From: an uncultured Gammaproteobacteria bacterium
Lineage (GTDB): Bacteria > Patescibacteriota > Microgenomatia > UBA10105 > UBA927
NCBI GenBank assembly: GCA_964621305.1
Contig: CAZUOM010000003.1
Location: 14,589-78,588, forward strand
DNA: 64,000 bases
Direction: 5' to 3'
Positions 9,106 to 17,931 of the stretch are shown in pieces. Below the pieces are notes generated by a model, which had not been told where the DNA came from, ran no database searches, and saw only the letters and a list, made by a program, of their open reading frames with translations. Made by a program: the position numbers and the translations under genes. Each line of letters starts with the position of its first letter. Position 1 is the first letter of the stretch.

Positions 9106-10788
9106 ATGAAAAATAGTAAACACATTCAGAAAGTTTTTATCGTGTGCATCGTGATCCTTGCAGCAAGTATCCGGCTGTGGCAGTTGGGGAAGGTGCCGCC
9201 TAGTCCGGATTGGGACGAGGCGGCGTTGGGGTACAATGCCTACTCTATTCTAAAAACTGGAAAGGATGAATACGGAACGTTTCTGCCACGCGTGCTTCGT
9301 TCGTTTGACGATTACAAGCCGCCTCTCTATGCGTACTTGGCAATTCCATCGGTTGCAGTCTTTGGCCTTACTGTTTGGTCAGTACGACTCCCATCGGCTA
9401 TTGTCGGTACGCTTGCGGTATTGGGCACGTTTTTTTTGGTGAGAGAACTGTTTTTTAATTTCTCATCTCGACACTCGAAACCCGACACTCGAAACCCGAC
9501 ACTCGCGCTGGTAAGCGCACTCTTGCTTGCCCTCTCTCCCTGGCATATCCAATTCTCCAGGATCGCATTTGAGGCAAACATTGCTATCGGCATCAACATA
9601 TGGGTCCTCTATTTATTCTTTAAGGGGTTACGCGATCGCGGGTGGCTTCTTGTTAGTGCACTGCTCTTTGGCCTTGGCCTCTATGCCTATCATAGCGAAC
9701 GGATCTTTTTACCTCTCTTGGCGTTAACCGTGGCTGTTCTTTATCGGCGTGAATTGTTTATACATCGACGGTCGGTTGCTGCCGCTGTTGTTGTGGGGGT
9801 TTTGGTGGTTGCGCCTCTTGCACCAGTTATCTTTGATCACACGTCTTTTATGCGTCTTAAAGGAACCGGTTCTCTTTCAGATAAAACAGGACTGCTTGCC
9901 AACAGTGCCCGTAAGTTACAGGAAGATCTGGCTAGTGGCGATCGGTTGGGTGCTTTGTTGGAAAATCGGCGCATCGTCTATGCAAAAAAACTTCTAGAGG
10001 GGTACTTGACGCACTACTCGTTTCGGTGGCTGTTTGTTACCGGAGATAACGATCGCCACCATGCGCCAGATAATGCGCTTTTGTACCTCGTGGAGCTCCC
10101 ATTTCTTCTTTTGGGCATGTACGTCGTGTTTATGAAGATAGGCGGTCGTCTTGGTAAACTTCTTGGGGTTTGGTTTCTGATTGCGCCCCTTGCTGCGTCA
10201 CCGACGACGGAAGTACCGCATGCAATTCGCTCCATCGTATTTCTTCCTATTTTTCAGATTTTTACGGCAGTAGGAATTATTGCTGCGATATCAAATATCA
10301 AATATCAAATATCAAATATACATATCAAATATCAAAAATTATTAGCGTACGGGGTCAGCGTGCTTACTATTTTATTTTTGATACTTAATATTTCATATTA
10401 TTTCCACATGTACTTCGGACACCAGAATGGCGAGTTTTCGAAGTTTTGGCAGTACGGTTATGAGCAGGCGGTCGCGTACGCCAAAGCGCATTACGAAGAG
10501 TATCAAAAAATCGTAGTATCGACCAAACTCGAGCAGCCGCACATGTTTTTCCTTTTCTTTCTGCCGTATGACCCGAAAAAGTACCTGGCAGAAGGTGGCA
10601 CCGCATCCGGAGGCTTTGCTGAGGCAAACAATAAGTTTGACAAATTTGAATTTCGGCCAATCCGGTGGGATAAAGAGGAACGCGACGGCACGACGCTTTA
10701 CATCGGAACGTTTAAAGAAATCCATGGAGACCTTCTTGCCGCAATATTTAACGTGGATGGAACGGAGGCTATCCGTATCGCCAAATGA
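9106..10788 (+). CDS. GT39/PMT_2 (ArnT-like) membrane glycosyltransferase, paralog 3
   Basis: 560 aa. N-terminal RLWQLGKVPPSPDWDEAALGYNAYSILKTGKDEYG plus YKPPLYAY, C-terminal FRPIRW. Start abuts the previous stop. Confidence 0.7.
   Translation: MKNSKHIQKVFIVCIVILAASIRLWQLGKVPPSPDWDEAALGYNAYSILKTGKDEYGTFLPRVLRSFDDYKPPLYAYLAIPSVAVFGLTVWSVRLPSAIVGTLAVLGTFFLVRELFFNFSSRHSKPDTRNPTLALVSALLLALSPWHIQFSRIAFEANIAIGINIWVLYLFFKGLRDRGWLLVSALLFGLGLYAYHSERIFLPLLALTVAVLYRRELFIHRRSVAAAVVVGVLVVAPLAPVIFDHTSFMRLKGTGSLSDKTGLLANSARKLQEDLASGDRLGALLENRRIVYAKKLLEGYLTHYSFRWLFVTGDNDRHHAPDNALLYLVELPFLLLGMYVVFMKIGGRLGKLLGVWFLIAPLAASPTTEVPHAIRSIVFLPIFQIFTAVGIIAAISNIKYQISNIHIKYQKLLAYGVSVLTILFLILNISYYFHMYFGHQNGEFSKFWQYGYEQAVAYAKAHYEEYQKIVVSTKLEQPHMFFLFFLPYDPKKYLAEGGTASGGFAEANNKFDKFEFRPIRWDKEERDGTTLYIGTFKEIHGDLLAAIFNVDGTEAIRIAK
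9469..9505 (+). repeat. 14-bp tandem repeat (cgacactcgaaacc) x2.6 inside GT39 paralog 3 CDS
   Basis: cgacactcgaaacc cgacactcgaaacc cgacactcg, encoding HSKPDTRNPTL. Contains the same acactcga core as the heptamer array at 15764. Confidence 0.75.
10288..10336 (+). repeat. Heptanucleotide tandem repeat (atatcaa), 4 perfect plus 3 degenerate units, inside GT39 paralog 3 CDS
   Basis: atatcaa x4, then atataca, tatcaaa, tatcaaa. Encodes ISNIKYQISNIHIKYQ at the position equivalent to the repeat in paralog 2. Confidence 0.8.
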
Positions 10789-12347
10789 AGAAATTCATTT
10801 TGCTTATTTTGGTTCTTGCGACATTTTTGCGCACGTATAGGTTGTCCTCGGTCCCGCCGAGCCCTTCGTTGGATGAGGCATCAATCGGTTACAACGCCTA
10901 CTCCATTCTCAAAACTGGCAATGATGAGTACGGCTATCGGTTTCCTATCCTCCTTCGTGCCTACGATGACTGGCGACCGGCAGGCTACGCATATTTGACG
11001 CTACCCTTCGTTGGGTTACTGGGTTTAACAGTCAAAGCAGTACGCTTGCCGTCGGTCATCATGTCTGTCGTGACTATTTGGTTGGTGTATGTGTGGTTTA
11101 GTAAACTGTTTCAAAAACAGAAAGAAGGGGAGGCTATTGCATTGATTGTCGCACTGCTCGTTGCAATTTCACCTTGGCACATTTACCTTTCGCGGCTTGG
11201 TCATGAGGTGAACGCCGGACTGTTTACCGTAGTTCTTGGTGGATACTTCCTTATCAAGTTTTTGGGAGCAAAGCAATCCAAGTGGATTATTGGTGCAGCA
11301 GTGGCGTTTGCGCTTTCGTTCTATACCTACCAAAGCGAGAAATTGGTGGTGCCAATGCTCGTCGTTGCCGCGACGTTGCTCTTTTTCAAAGAGTTTTGGA
11401 AGGTTAAAAAATATACACTCGCCGCAGTAATTGTTGGGTTGGTTATTTCCCTTCCTGCAGTTATCGCATCACTTTCGCCGGAGGGCCTGATCCGCTTACG
11501 CGCTACATCGGTTTTTTCTTCGGCAGCCGACACGAGGTTAGTAACAAAGGTTGGTATTTTAGCATCACAATATCTGACACACTTTTCCCCTGGCTGGCTG
11601 TTTACAGGTGGGGCAGCCGAAAGCCACAAAGTGCCAGGGCTTGGGCCCCTGTGGTTTTGGGAGGCGCCGTTTATTCTTCTGGGCGCTGCAGCATTTTTAA
11701 GAAGTGCGCTTGATCGTCGCATGAAAGCATTTCTTCTGGTCTGGTTTCTGTCTGCTCCTCTTCCTGCAGCCATCAGCAATCAGGTGCCGCATGCTATGCG
11801 CGCATTTACGTTTCTGCCTATCTGGCAGCTCTTTGGTGCATTTGGCCTCGTGACATTTTTTGTTGTAGCCGCCAAAAGAGTTAGAAGAGAGTATCTCTGG
11901 CTTTTAGCAAGTATCGTGATCTCAGTCAGTGTTGGCTATTTTATGAGGCAGTACTTTGACGTTTTTCGACGACAACACTCCTCCTCCTTCCAATACGCGT
12001 TGGCACACTCACTTCAATACTCTATGGAGCGCGATCATAGCTATCGAAGCATTATTGTTTCCAATAGCGCCGCCCTTTACCAATCATACATGTTTTACTT
12101 ATTTTTTAGCGGTTTTGATCCGGCAACGTACCAGCGTTTCGGCGGGACGGTTTCGGGGGGTTACGCGGAGACGCATCGGATTGGAAAATATCTTTTTCGG
12201 CCGATTGATTGGATAAGGGAAAAAATCGTGTGTGGAAATCTTTATCTTGATACTATTGAGACTATTCCTAAAGATCGAGGAGTAACACGCGTTGTGAATA
12301 ACCTGGACGCAGTTCCTGCCATCGGCATAGTTGATCCATGCTTATGA
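10785..12347 (+). CDS. GT39/PMT_2 (ArnT-like) membrane glycosyltransferase, paralog 4
   Basis: 520 aa. N-terminal RTYRLSSVPPSPSLDEASIGYNAYSILKTGNDEYG, C-terminal FRPIDW. ATGA overlap with the previous gene. Confidence 0.7.
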   Translation: MKKFILLILVLATFLRTYRLSSVPPSPSLDEASIGYNAYSILKTGNDEYGYRFPILLRAYDDWRPAGYAYLTLPFVGLLGLTVKAVRLPSVIMSVVTIWLVYVWFSKLFQKQKEGEAIALIVALLVAISPWHIYLSRLGHEVNAGLFTVVLGGYFLIKFLGAKQSKWIIGAAVAFALSFYTYQSEKLVVPMLVVAATLLFFKEFWKVKKYTLAAVIVGLVISLPAVIASLSPEGLIRLRATSVFSSAADTRLVTKVGILASQYLTHFSPGWLFTGGAAESHKVPGLGPLWFWEAPFILLGAAAFLRSALDRRMKAFLLVWFLSAPLPAAISNQVPHAMRAFTFLPIWQLFGAFGLVTFFVVAAKRVRREYLWLLASIVISVSVGYFMRQYFDVFRRQHSSSFQYALAHSLQYSMERDHSYRSIIVSNSAALYQSYMFYLFFSGFDPATYQRFGGTVSGGYAETHRIGKYLFRPIDWIREKIVCGNLYLDTIETIPKDRGVTRVVNNLDAVPAIGIVDPCL

Positions 12348-13837
12348 AAGTACTTACTAAATATTTCTGGTGGTTAGGAGGAGCTATATTGGTTCTGGCT
12401 GCACTTCCCCGGGCAATTGAGCTTATCAACCATAACTATCTTTTCGGCTTTGACCAGGGGGAGCACTTTATGGCTGTCAAGCGGATTGTGATAGACGGCA
12501 AGCCCACCCTCATCGGGACAGAAAGCGGCGGCATCGGTGGACTCTTTCAAGGCCCCGGGTGGTACTGGCTCCTTGCGATTCCCTTTGCAGTAAGCCGAGG
12601 TGATCCATACGCAGCAATGGTCCTTATGTTCTTGCTTTCGCTTGTAGTAATACTGCTGCCTATTCTTGCCTTTAAAAAATCACCCGGGGCTATTGTGGCC
12701 ATTCTGGTCGCCTGGGTCCTGGCGCTTTCCCCGGAGCTTACCAAGCACGCCCGGTTCATCTGGCCGCCGTTTGTTATACCGTCGCTCACTTCGTTGGTTC
12801 TGGTCTGCTTGTGGCAGGGAATTAATGGAAAGAAATATTATTTCCCGATGGCAACTTTTTTGGTCGGCAGCATGTACCACTTTGAAGTTGCGACAGCAGC
12901 GACACTTCTCCTTGCCTTGGCTCTTTATGCGCCGCTTGCGTGGCGAAGGCGGATCATAGACGGCAAAATACTTATTGCCGCAGGTTGTTCTGCGCTTTTT
13001 TCTTTTTTGCCCATGCTTTTATTTGATCTGCGGCACGATTTTCTCAATACCAGGGGTATCGTAAATTTATTTGTGTCCAAAAACCTCCCGCCGTTTTCTT
13101 ATGAAAATATCCTCGCCAACCATCGCGAGATTTTTAGCAGAATCGTCTCCCAAACACTTCCCATCCCACCAGAGGCACTAGGAGCGCTCATCCTTCTTAT
13201 GGTTGTGGGTTGGTGTCTGTACTTGCGAAATCAGAGGATTCCCCACACACAGCGCGCGTACGTATTTTTTCTTGGTACATTTCCGGTGGCGCTATTTGCT
13301 GTTTTTTTGTTCTATCGAAATCACCTGTGGGAGTGGTGGCTCTATGACGTAAGTGTTATTTTGAGTTTTCTCGTCGGTTTCCTGCTCGCCTTTTGGTTAC
13401 GGGAAAAACGTTGGATATGGGCGGCAGTAGCCGTACTCCTTCTGTTTTTTTCCACCTACGCCAAGAAGACGGCTGAGTTCTACTCCTATGACATCCGCGA
13501 TTACGGTGGGGTCCACAAAATAAAGGGAAAACTTGCCGCTTTGGACACAATCTATCAAGATGCAGGGAGCATACCGTTCGGTTTGTTGGTTTTTACCCCG
13601 CCGATTTATACCTGGGCATATGATTACCTCACCTGGTGGTACGGGCAACGGAAGTATCAGTATGTACCATATCAAGATAAGCGCGGGACCGTGTATCTCC
13701 TGATCGAGCCGGACAACGAGAAACCCTGGCGTCACCAGGGGTGGCTTGAGACGGTTATCAAAGACGGAGAAGTTATCTGGACCAAGGAACTGCCGAGCGG
13801 TTTCATTCTCGAAAAGAGAGTGTTTCCCTCAACATGA
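12338..13837 (+). CDS. Divergent ArnT/PMT-like polytopic membrane protein (putative GT-C glycosyltransferase)
   Basis: 499-aa multi-TM ORF. N-terminal FDQGEHFMAVKRIVIDGKPTLIGTESGG..GPGWYWLLAIP resembles the ArnT/PMT_2 DE..Y...A and KPPL.YW loop motifs. Confidence 0.45.
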   Translation: MLMKVLTKYFWWLGGAILVLAALPRAIELINHNYLFGFDQGEHFMAVKRIVIDGKPTLIGTESGGIGGLFQGPGWYWLLAIPFAVSRGDPYAAMVLMFLLSLVVILLPILAFKKSPGAIVAILVAWVLALSPELTKHARFIWPPFVIPSLTSLVLVCLWQGINGKKYYFPMATFLVGSMYHFEVATAATLLLALALYAPLAWRRRIIDGKILIAAGCSALFSFLPMLLFDLRHDFLNTRGIVNLFVSKNLPPFSYENILANHREIFSRIVSQTLPIPPEALGALILLMVVGWCLYLRNQRIPHTQRAYVFFLGTFPVALFAVFLFYRNHLWEWWLYDVSVILSFLVGFLLAFWLREKRWIWAAVAVLLLFFSTYAKKTAEFYSYDIRDYGGVHKIKGKLAALDTIYQDAGSIPFGLLVFTPPIYTWAYDYLTWWYGQRKYQYVPYQDKRGTVYLLIEPDNEKPWRHQGWLETVIKDGEVIWTKELPSGFILEKRVFPST

Positions 13838-15480
13838 AAAAACTTATTTGGGTTGTTTTGTTTTTGCTGACCTTGGTGCCCATCCTGAATCTTGCGCATC
13901 CAGGCCTGCCCCTCACACATGACGGTCAGGATCACGTGGCTCGGATTGCCAACTTTTACCAGTCAATTTTGGAGGGCAACGCAATCCCGCGTTGGGCGGG
14001 GAATCTCAATTGGGGATACGGACACCCGATTTTGATGTTTCTTTATCCGTTTCCTTCCTACGTTGCCTCGTTTTTTCATTGGATTGGATTTTCTTTGGTT
14101 GACGCGACTAAGTTGGTTTTTGGATTGAGTTTTGTTGCGAGCGTGTTGGCGATGTACCTGTGGTTATCGTGCTGGTATGGTAGAGCTCCCGCGTTTGTTG
14201 GCGCCGCCCTCTATGGTTTTGCACCCTACCGGTTTGTTGATCTCTCTGTGCGTGGGGCGATAGGCGAGCATGTAGCATTCGTTTTTCCGCCGCTCATTTG
14301 TTGGGGATTGCACCTGTTGGCCCGCAGAGAACGACCCTTTCGCTCAGCCCTTCTTGTATCTTTGGGAACCGCGGGATTGCTTCTTTCCCATAACGCATTA
14401 AGCGTGATGTTTCTGCCGTTCGTTGTTCTCTACTTCGTCTACCTCGGTTTCTTTGGAGCAAAGAACCGTCTGCAGTTTTTTATGCTTGGTTCTTGGTACT
14501 TAGTTCTTGGCTTTTTGCTCGCTGCATTTTTTTGGGCTCCTGCTTTTTTTGAGGGCAAATATACCCTGCGAGATATTGTCACCAAAGGTGAGTACGCCAC
14601 TCGCTTTGTTTCTTGGCAGTGGTTTCTTTCTTCAACTTGGAATTATGGTGGGGGCGATGAGTTTAGCAAAGAACTAGGGCTTCTTCAGTGGTTGGGTGTG
14701 GTTGGGTCAGTACTCGTTTTTTTCAAAACAAAAGAGAAAAAATTTCGTGTCGCAATAGTAAGCTTGCTGACTCTGTTTTTCTTCTTGCTGTTTCTTATGA
14801 CAAGTTATGCAAGGGTCATCTGGGATAGCATCACCATTCTCCAGAAATTTCAGTTCCCCTGGCGGCTTTTGAGTGTTTCTGTTTTTCTTTCTTCCATATT
14901 GGGGACAATCGTAATCTCCAAACTACCAAAACAATTCGCTTTATTTACGTGCTTTTTTGTTCCATTGACGTTATTGGTTACGACCAACACTATGTGGGGT
15001 CCGAAAGACTATCTTGTAAAACCTGAATCGTTTTACACGGGGGTCTACCCTGGTACTACCGATACCGGCGAAAGCAGCCCCATCTGGTCAGTGCGGTTTA
15101 TGGAACAAGAAGCGAAAGCACCCTACGAGGTCATCGAAGGCGAGGCAGCAATTGCCCAGATCTCTCGCAGTACGACTAAGCACGTCTTTTCTGTCGATGC
15201 AAAAAAGAAATCCAGAATTGTTGATAATACACTCTACTTTCCCGGATGGACAGTGCTAGTCGACGGGAAAACGCTACCTCCATTGGACATCTGGTTCCAG
15301 GACCCCCAGTATCGGGGACTTATTAACTTTTGGCTAGAGAAGGGGAAGCACACGGTTACACTCGAATTTCGGGAAACGAAACTGCGCCGTTTTGCAGATA
15401 GCGTAAGCGTATTCGGGTTGCTCCTCCTCGTTGGGACTGTTACCATTGGGAAACCTTGGGTATGGCTAAAATCTCGGTAG
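13834..15480 (+). CDS. YfhO-like short-type polytopic membrane protein
   Basis: 548 aa. LTHDGQDHVARIANFYQ..PRWAGNLNWGYGHPILMFLYPFPSY and C-terminal YFPGWTVLVDGK, paralog of 4546..6150. Confidence 0.65.
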   Translation: MKKLIWVVLFLLTLVPILNLAHPGLPLTHDGQDHVARIANFYQSILEGNAIPRWAGNLNWGYGHPILMFLYPFPSYVASFFHWIGFSLVDATKLVFGLSFVASVLAMYLWLSCWYGRAPAFVGAALYGFAPYRFVDLSVRGAIGEHVAFVFPPLICWGLHLLARRERPFRSALLVSLGTAGLLLSHNALSVMFLPFVVLYFVYLGFFGAKNRLQFFMLGSWYLVLGFLLAAFFWAPAFFEGKYTLRDIVTKGEYATRFVSWQWFLSSTWNYGGGDEFSKELGLLQWLGVVGSVLVFFKTKEKKFRVAIVSLLTLFFFLLFLMTSYARVIWDSITILQKFQFPWRLLSVSVFLSSILGTIVISKLPKQFALFTCFFVPLTLLVTTNTMWGPKDYLVKPESFYTGVYPGTTDTGESSPIWSVRFMEQEAKAPYEVIEGEAAIAQISRSTTKHVFSVDAKKKSRIVDNTLYFPGWTVLVDGKTLPPLDIWFQDPQYRGLINFWLEKGKHTVTLEFRETKLRRFADSVSVFGLLLLVGTVTIGKPWVWLKSR

Positions 15481-16241
15481 CAATCGCTACATACAACGAA
15501 GAGCAAAATATACGAGCGTGTTTGGATTCGGTACGCTCTTGGGTAGATGAGATCGTTGTGGTTGATGGTGAGTCGACGGATAAAACCGTGGAGATTGCAA
15601 AACGATATAAAGCGAAAGTCATCGCTAGCGATAATCCACCGATTTTTCATATTAATAAACAAAAAGCCGTTGACACATGCACTGGGGACTGGATTTTTCA
15701 ACTCGACGCCGACGAAGTCGTGACTCTAGAGCTTGCAAATGAAATTCAAGAAATTGTTTCTAACACTCGACACTCGACACTCGACACTCGACGCAACGGT
15801 CATTATGTTCCACGTAAAAACTTTTTTCTCGGCCACTGGCTGAGAAAGGGCGGGCAGTATCCTGACTACGTCATACGTTTATTTCGGCGGGGGAAGGGAA
15901 AATTTCCGAGTAAAAGCGTGCATGAACAAATCGAAATTGACGGCAATGTCGGTTATCTTAAAAATCCATTATTACATTACACATCTAGAACACTCGGCGA
16001 TTACTGGAAAAAGGCACGTGCCTATACTTCGTTGGAGGCCCAGGAGTTTAAACAAAGCGAGCTTGCTTTGAATATTTTTACATACGTTGAGTACAATCTA
16101 TTGAAACCGACCATGACATTACTCAGTCTATTTCTGCGCCACAAAGGATTCCTCGATGGTATCTACGGCTTTCTCTTTTCCCTCTTTTCCGCTCTTCATC
16201 ATCCAATCGCATTTTGGAAAAACGCAACGATGCAAAAATAA
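15456..16241 (+). CDS. GT2 family glycosyltransferase
   Basis: ISVAIATYNEEQNIRACLDSV...VVVDGESTDKT...QLDADE, a typical GT-A (family 2) N-terminal domain with a DxD-like motif. Confidence 0.75.
   Translation: MGMAKISVAIATYNEEQNIRACLDSVRSWVDEIVVVDGESTDKTVEIAKRYKAKVIASDNPPIFHINKQKAVDTCTGDWIFQLDADEVVTLELANEIQEIVSNTRHSTLDTRRNGHYVPRKNFFLGHWLRKGGQYPDYVIRLFRRGKGKFPSKSVHEQIEIDGNVGYLKNPLLHYTSRTLGDYWKKARAYTSLEAQEFKQSELALNIFTYVEYNLLKPTMTLLSLFLRHKGFLDGIYGFLFSLFSALHHPIAFWKNATMQK
15764..15791 (+). repeat. Heptanucleotide tandem repeat (cactcga)x4 inside GT2 CDS
   Basis: cactcgacactcgacactcgacactcga, encoding TRHSTLDTR. Confidence 0.8.
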
Positions 16242-16272
16242 ATTCGCTCTACTTTTTTAATATTGATGAGGC

Positions 16273-16806
16273 ATGGGAAAATATTATTTCATTCTGCTTA
16301 TGGCGGTCATTTTTTTAAGCAATACTCACACTTCATTTGCAGAGTATGTTTTGCCATATCCGTCGTATATGCCGGGAAATAAGGTGTATAAAATTTCAAG
16401 ACTGGTTGGCGAGTTAAAGAAATATTGGTACTGGGGGTCGATTGCGAGTTTTAAATATCATCTTGGTCTTTCTGACAAATACTTGGTAGAAGCCAAGACG
16501 CTTTTTGAATACAAACAATATCTTTTGGCAAGGGATGCGCTCGCGCGCTCCAATGAAAACTTCCGAGAGCTTCCTCAATACCTTATCCGGGCAAAAAACG
16601 AAGGAAAGGATATGCGAATATTTAATCAACAAATTCAAAAGGCGGCTGCAGCGCATATGGGGGTCATCGATGGGTTGGCACGACTTGTGCCAAAAACATT
16701 TAACTGGAGGGAGGAAAAAAAGCAACCGGTAGAGCTTGGCCTCCAGCAGCTTTTGACTGAGACAAACAAGCTTCGCCAGAGCGTTGCTTTGGAGATGAGA
16801 AAGTGA
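16273..16806 (+). CDS. Hypothetical secreted protein
   Basis: 177-aa ORF with an N-terminal hydrophobic signal-like segment (MGKYYFILLMAVIFLSNTHTSFA). No recognisable family. Confidence 0.4.
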   Translation: MGKYYFILLMAVIFLSNTHTSFAEYVLPYPSYMPGNKVYKISRLVGELKKYWYWGSIASFKYHLGLSDKYLVEAKTLFEYKQYLLARDALARSNENFRELPQYLIRAKNEGKDMRIFNQQIQKAAAAHMGVIDGLARLVPKTFNWREEKKQPVELGLQQLLTETNKLRQSVALEMRK

Positions 16807-16812
16807 GAAGGT

Positions 16813-17931
16813 ATGAGATTTCTTTTTCCGGCGTATGTGGTTCTGTCGGTAATATTCGCTTTCTACTCGTATGCCTTTGTTGATCCCAATGTAAGCTTAA
16901 GCACCCACACATGGTATTTGGCCATTCATAGCCCTCTTTCGCGTTTACTCTACGAAGAGCGACCGTTGAACGGTATATTACTTGTGGCCTTTTTCAGTCT
17001 CTGGTGGATCTTCTATGGTTTTTCACTCCGGTGGTTGTCGCGACTAACCAACGGTACGCTATTCCGTCGAACAATTCTTGCCGTTGCCGCCATCCTTCTT
17101 TTTTCCTTCCCGGCATTTTCCTATGATCTTTTCAACTATATCACCACTGCCAAAGTGACGTTTTTCTGGAAAGAGAATCCCTACGTAGTCATGCCCATTG
17201 AAATACCCAACGAGCCCAATCTTGCTTTCACGCGGGCCGCCAACAAGCTTGCTCTTTACGGACCCACGTGGATTGTTGCGTCGTTTTTTCCTTCCCTTGC
17301 CGGATTTGGAAATATTTGGCTTTCGCTAATTGCTTTTAAATCGTTCGTGGTAGCCTTTTACGGCTTGATGTTATGGCTTATTTTTCGCCTTACCAATCAT
17401 TGGTGGAACGTCGTTTTTTTTGGACTCAATCCACTCGTCTTATCCGAAGTCCTCGTCAATGGTCACAACGACATAGTCATGATGGTTTTGGCAGTTGGAG
17501 GACTGGTGCTGGCGAAAGATGAACAGGCTAGGAATCGGTTTTTCGGATATGCATTGTTTCTTGCTTCGGTTTTTGTCAAGGCAGCCACGATAGTGCTTGT
17601 CCCACTATTCTTTGTCCGCATGCCGATTGAGAAGGTATGGCGAGTTGGGTTTTTCCTTATGTTGGGTATATTTCTGCTTACTCCTTTTCGCGAGGAACTC
17701 TACCCCTGGTACGCTGTGTGGTTCTTGACCTTTGCTGCACTTCTGCCAAAAGGAAAAGCGCCACTCATCCATGGGATCGCAATTGCACTCTCTCTGGGGT
17801 TGGTTTTTCGTCATCTCCCGTACGTCATCACGCGCGAGTACGGGGGAACGGGTCCTTTTTGGCGAATAATAATCACATTAGTACCCGCTGCTTTATATGT
17901 TGTCTGGAAGGGGCTTAAAAAATATGTTTAA
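16813..17931 (+). CDS. Integral membrane protein, DUF2029/GT87-like putative mannosyltransferase
   Basis: 372-aa multi-TM ORF. Central VNGHNDIVMMVLAVGGLVLAKDEQARNRFFGYALFLASVFVKAATIVLVPLFF resembles the conserved core of GT87/DUF2029 proteins. Confidence 0.45.
   Translation: MRFLFPAYVVLSVIFAFYSYAFVDPNVSLSTHTWYLAIHSPLSRLLYEERPLNGILLVAFFSLWWIFYGFSLRWLSRLTNGTLFRRTILAVAAILLFSFPAFSYDLFNYITTAKVTFFWKENPYVVMPIEIPNEPNLAFTRAANKLALYGPTWIVASFFPSLAGFGNIWLSLIAFKSFVVAFYGLMLWLIFRLTNHWWNVVFFGLNPLVLSEVLVNGHNDIVMMVLAVGGLVLAKDEQARNRFFGYALFLASVFVKAATIVLVPLFFVRMPIEKVWRVGFFLMLGIFLLTPFREELYPWYAVWFLTFAALLPKGKAPLIHGIAIALSLGLVFRHLPYVITREYGGTGPFWRIIITLVPAALYVVWKGLKKYV

Noticed and set aside
8617-10336. Possible CRISPR array suggested by the short direct repeats
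   Set aside because: The units are 7 bp, perfectly tandem with no spacers, and lie inside CDSs. They are microsatellites, not CRISPR.
15234-15701. 155-aa minus-strand ORF spanning the YfhO-like / GT2 junction
   Set aside because: Antisense to two well-supported plus-strand genes; no homology signal.
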